From: Podospora anserina
Lineage: Eukaryota
Assembly (NCBI GenBank): GCA_017654855.1
Contig: CM030332.1
Span: 2,604,001-2,668,000, forward strand
Length of the DNA stretch: 64,000 bases
Reading direction: 5' to 3'
Shown here: positions 63,553 to 64,000 of the stretch, one piece after another
Layout of the letters: each line of letters begins with the position of its first letter
How positions within the stretch are numbered: the first letter of the stretch is position 1
Notes under the pieces: model-generated
Database searches by the model: none
What the model saw: the letters and a program-made list of their open reading frames with translations, nothing else
What the model was told of the DNA's origin: nothing
Position numbers and translations under genes: made by a program

Positions 63553-64000
63553 CTTGGACTGATTTTTGAACTCTGAGTGCGCTGTTATTGTCGTCGAATC
63601 ATCTGTTCCAAAAAGGCGATCAGAAAAACAGGTTGTCGCGCTCCTGGCGTCGGTTCGTGGTGGTGGTGGTGGTGGTTGTCGTTGATGGTTTCGGCGTCTT
63701 CAAATTTGGCGATTGATTGATTTGTTGGCGGCGACAAACCCCCCTCCCTTCTCGGTGCTGTTTGTTTACTTTGGGCCTCGAACTGCAAAACCGATTGCGA
63801 CGGCGCGATTGGCTGGCAACGGGTCTGATGTGGCTCGTGCGTATTGAGGAACACGTGCTGATAAGGAATGGGAGTGTGGGGTATATCGCTGGGCGGAATC
63901 CGGGGGTTTGGGTTTTGAGAGGGAAGATTTCAACGTGCAAAAGCAAAGCGGTCAGACGGCTCCTTGATGGGCGGGCGGATGGCTGCAACTGAAAGGTAAC

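Overview
Eukaryotic DNA from a filamentous ascomycete, most like Sordariales (Podospora/Neurospora-type). The basis is short GT-AG introns with CTRAC branch points, a dispersed 5S rRNA gene and intron-containing tRNAs. The window is mostly housekeeping and regulatory genes: a DH-PH RhoGEF, proteasome chaperone Nas2, Ran/Gsp1, a five-WSC copper radical (glyoxal) oxidase, 5S rRNA, tRNA-Lys(CTT), a bZIP factor, Rrn3, HapC/Hap3, prefoldin 2, Cmc2, a TMEM14 gene missed by the ORF track, tRNA-Arg(ACG), the group III histidine kinase Nik1/Os-1, a disrupted membrane-protein gene, Dus2, Ppe1, an FLC/TRP-like channel, a SAM-HMG box factor, a small long-intron coiled-coil gene and condensin Brn1. I see no CRISPR array, intact transposon or clear novel multi-gene system. 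The most notable anomalies are a +1 frameshift at a C5 run in the otherwise intact DUS2 gene, repeated C-rich to G-rich strand-skew flips inside genes, an intronic alternative start in hapC, two GC-AG introns, a 780-nt intron after a 20-nt micro-exon, and a 5S variant with apparently compensatory changes. All gene models were spliced by eye, and family assignments come from recalled motifs, not database searches.
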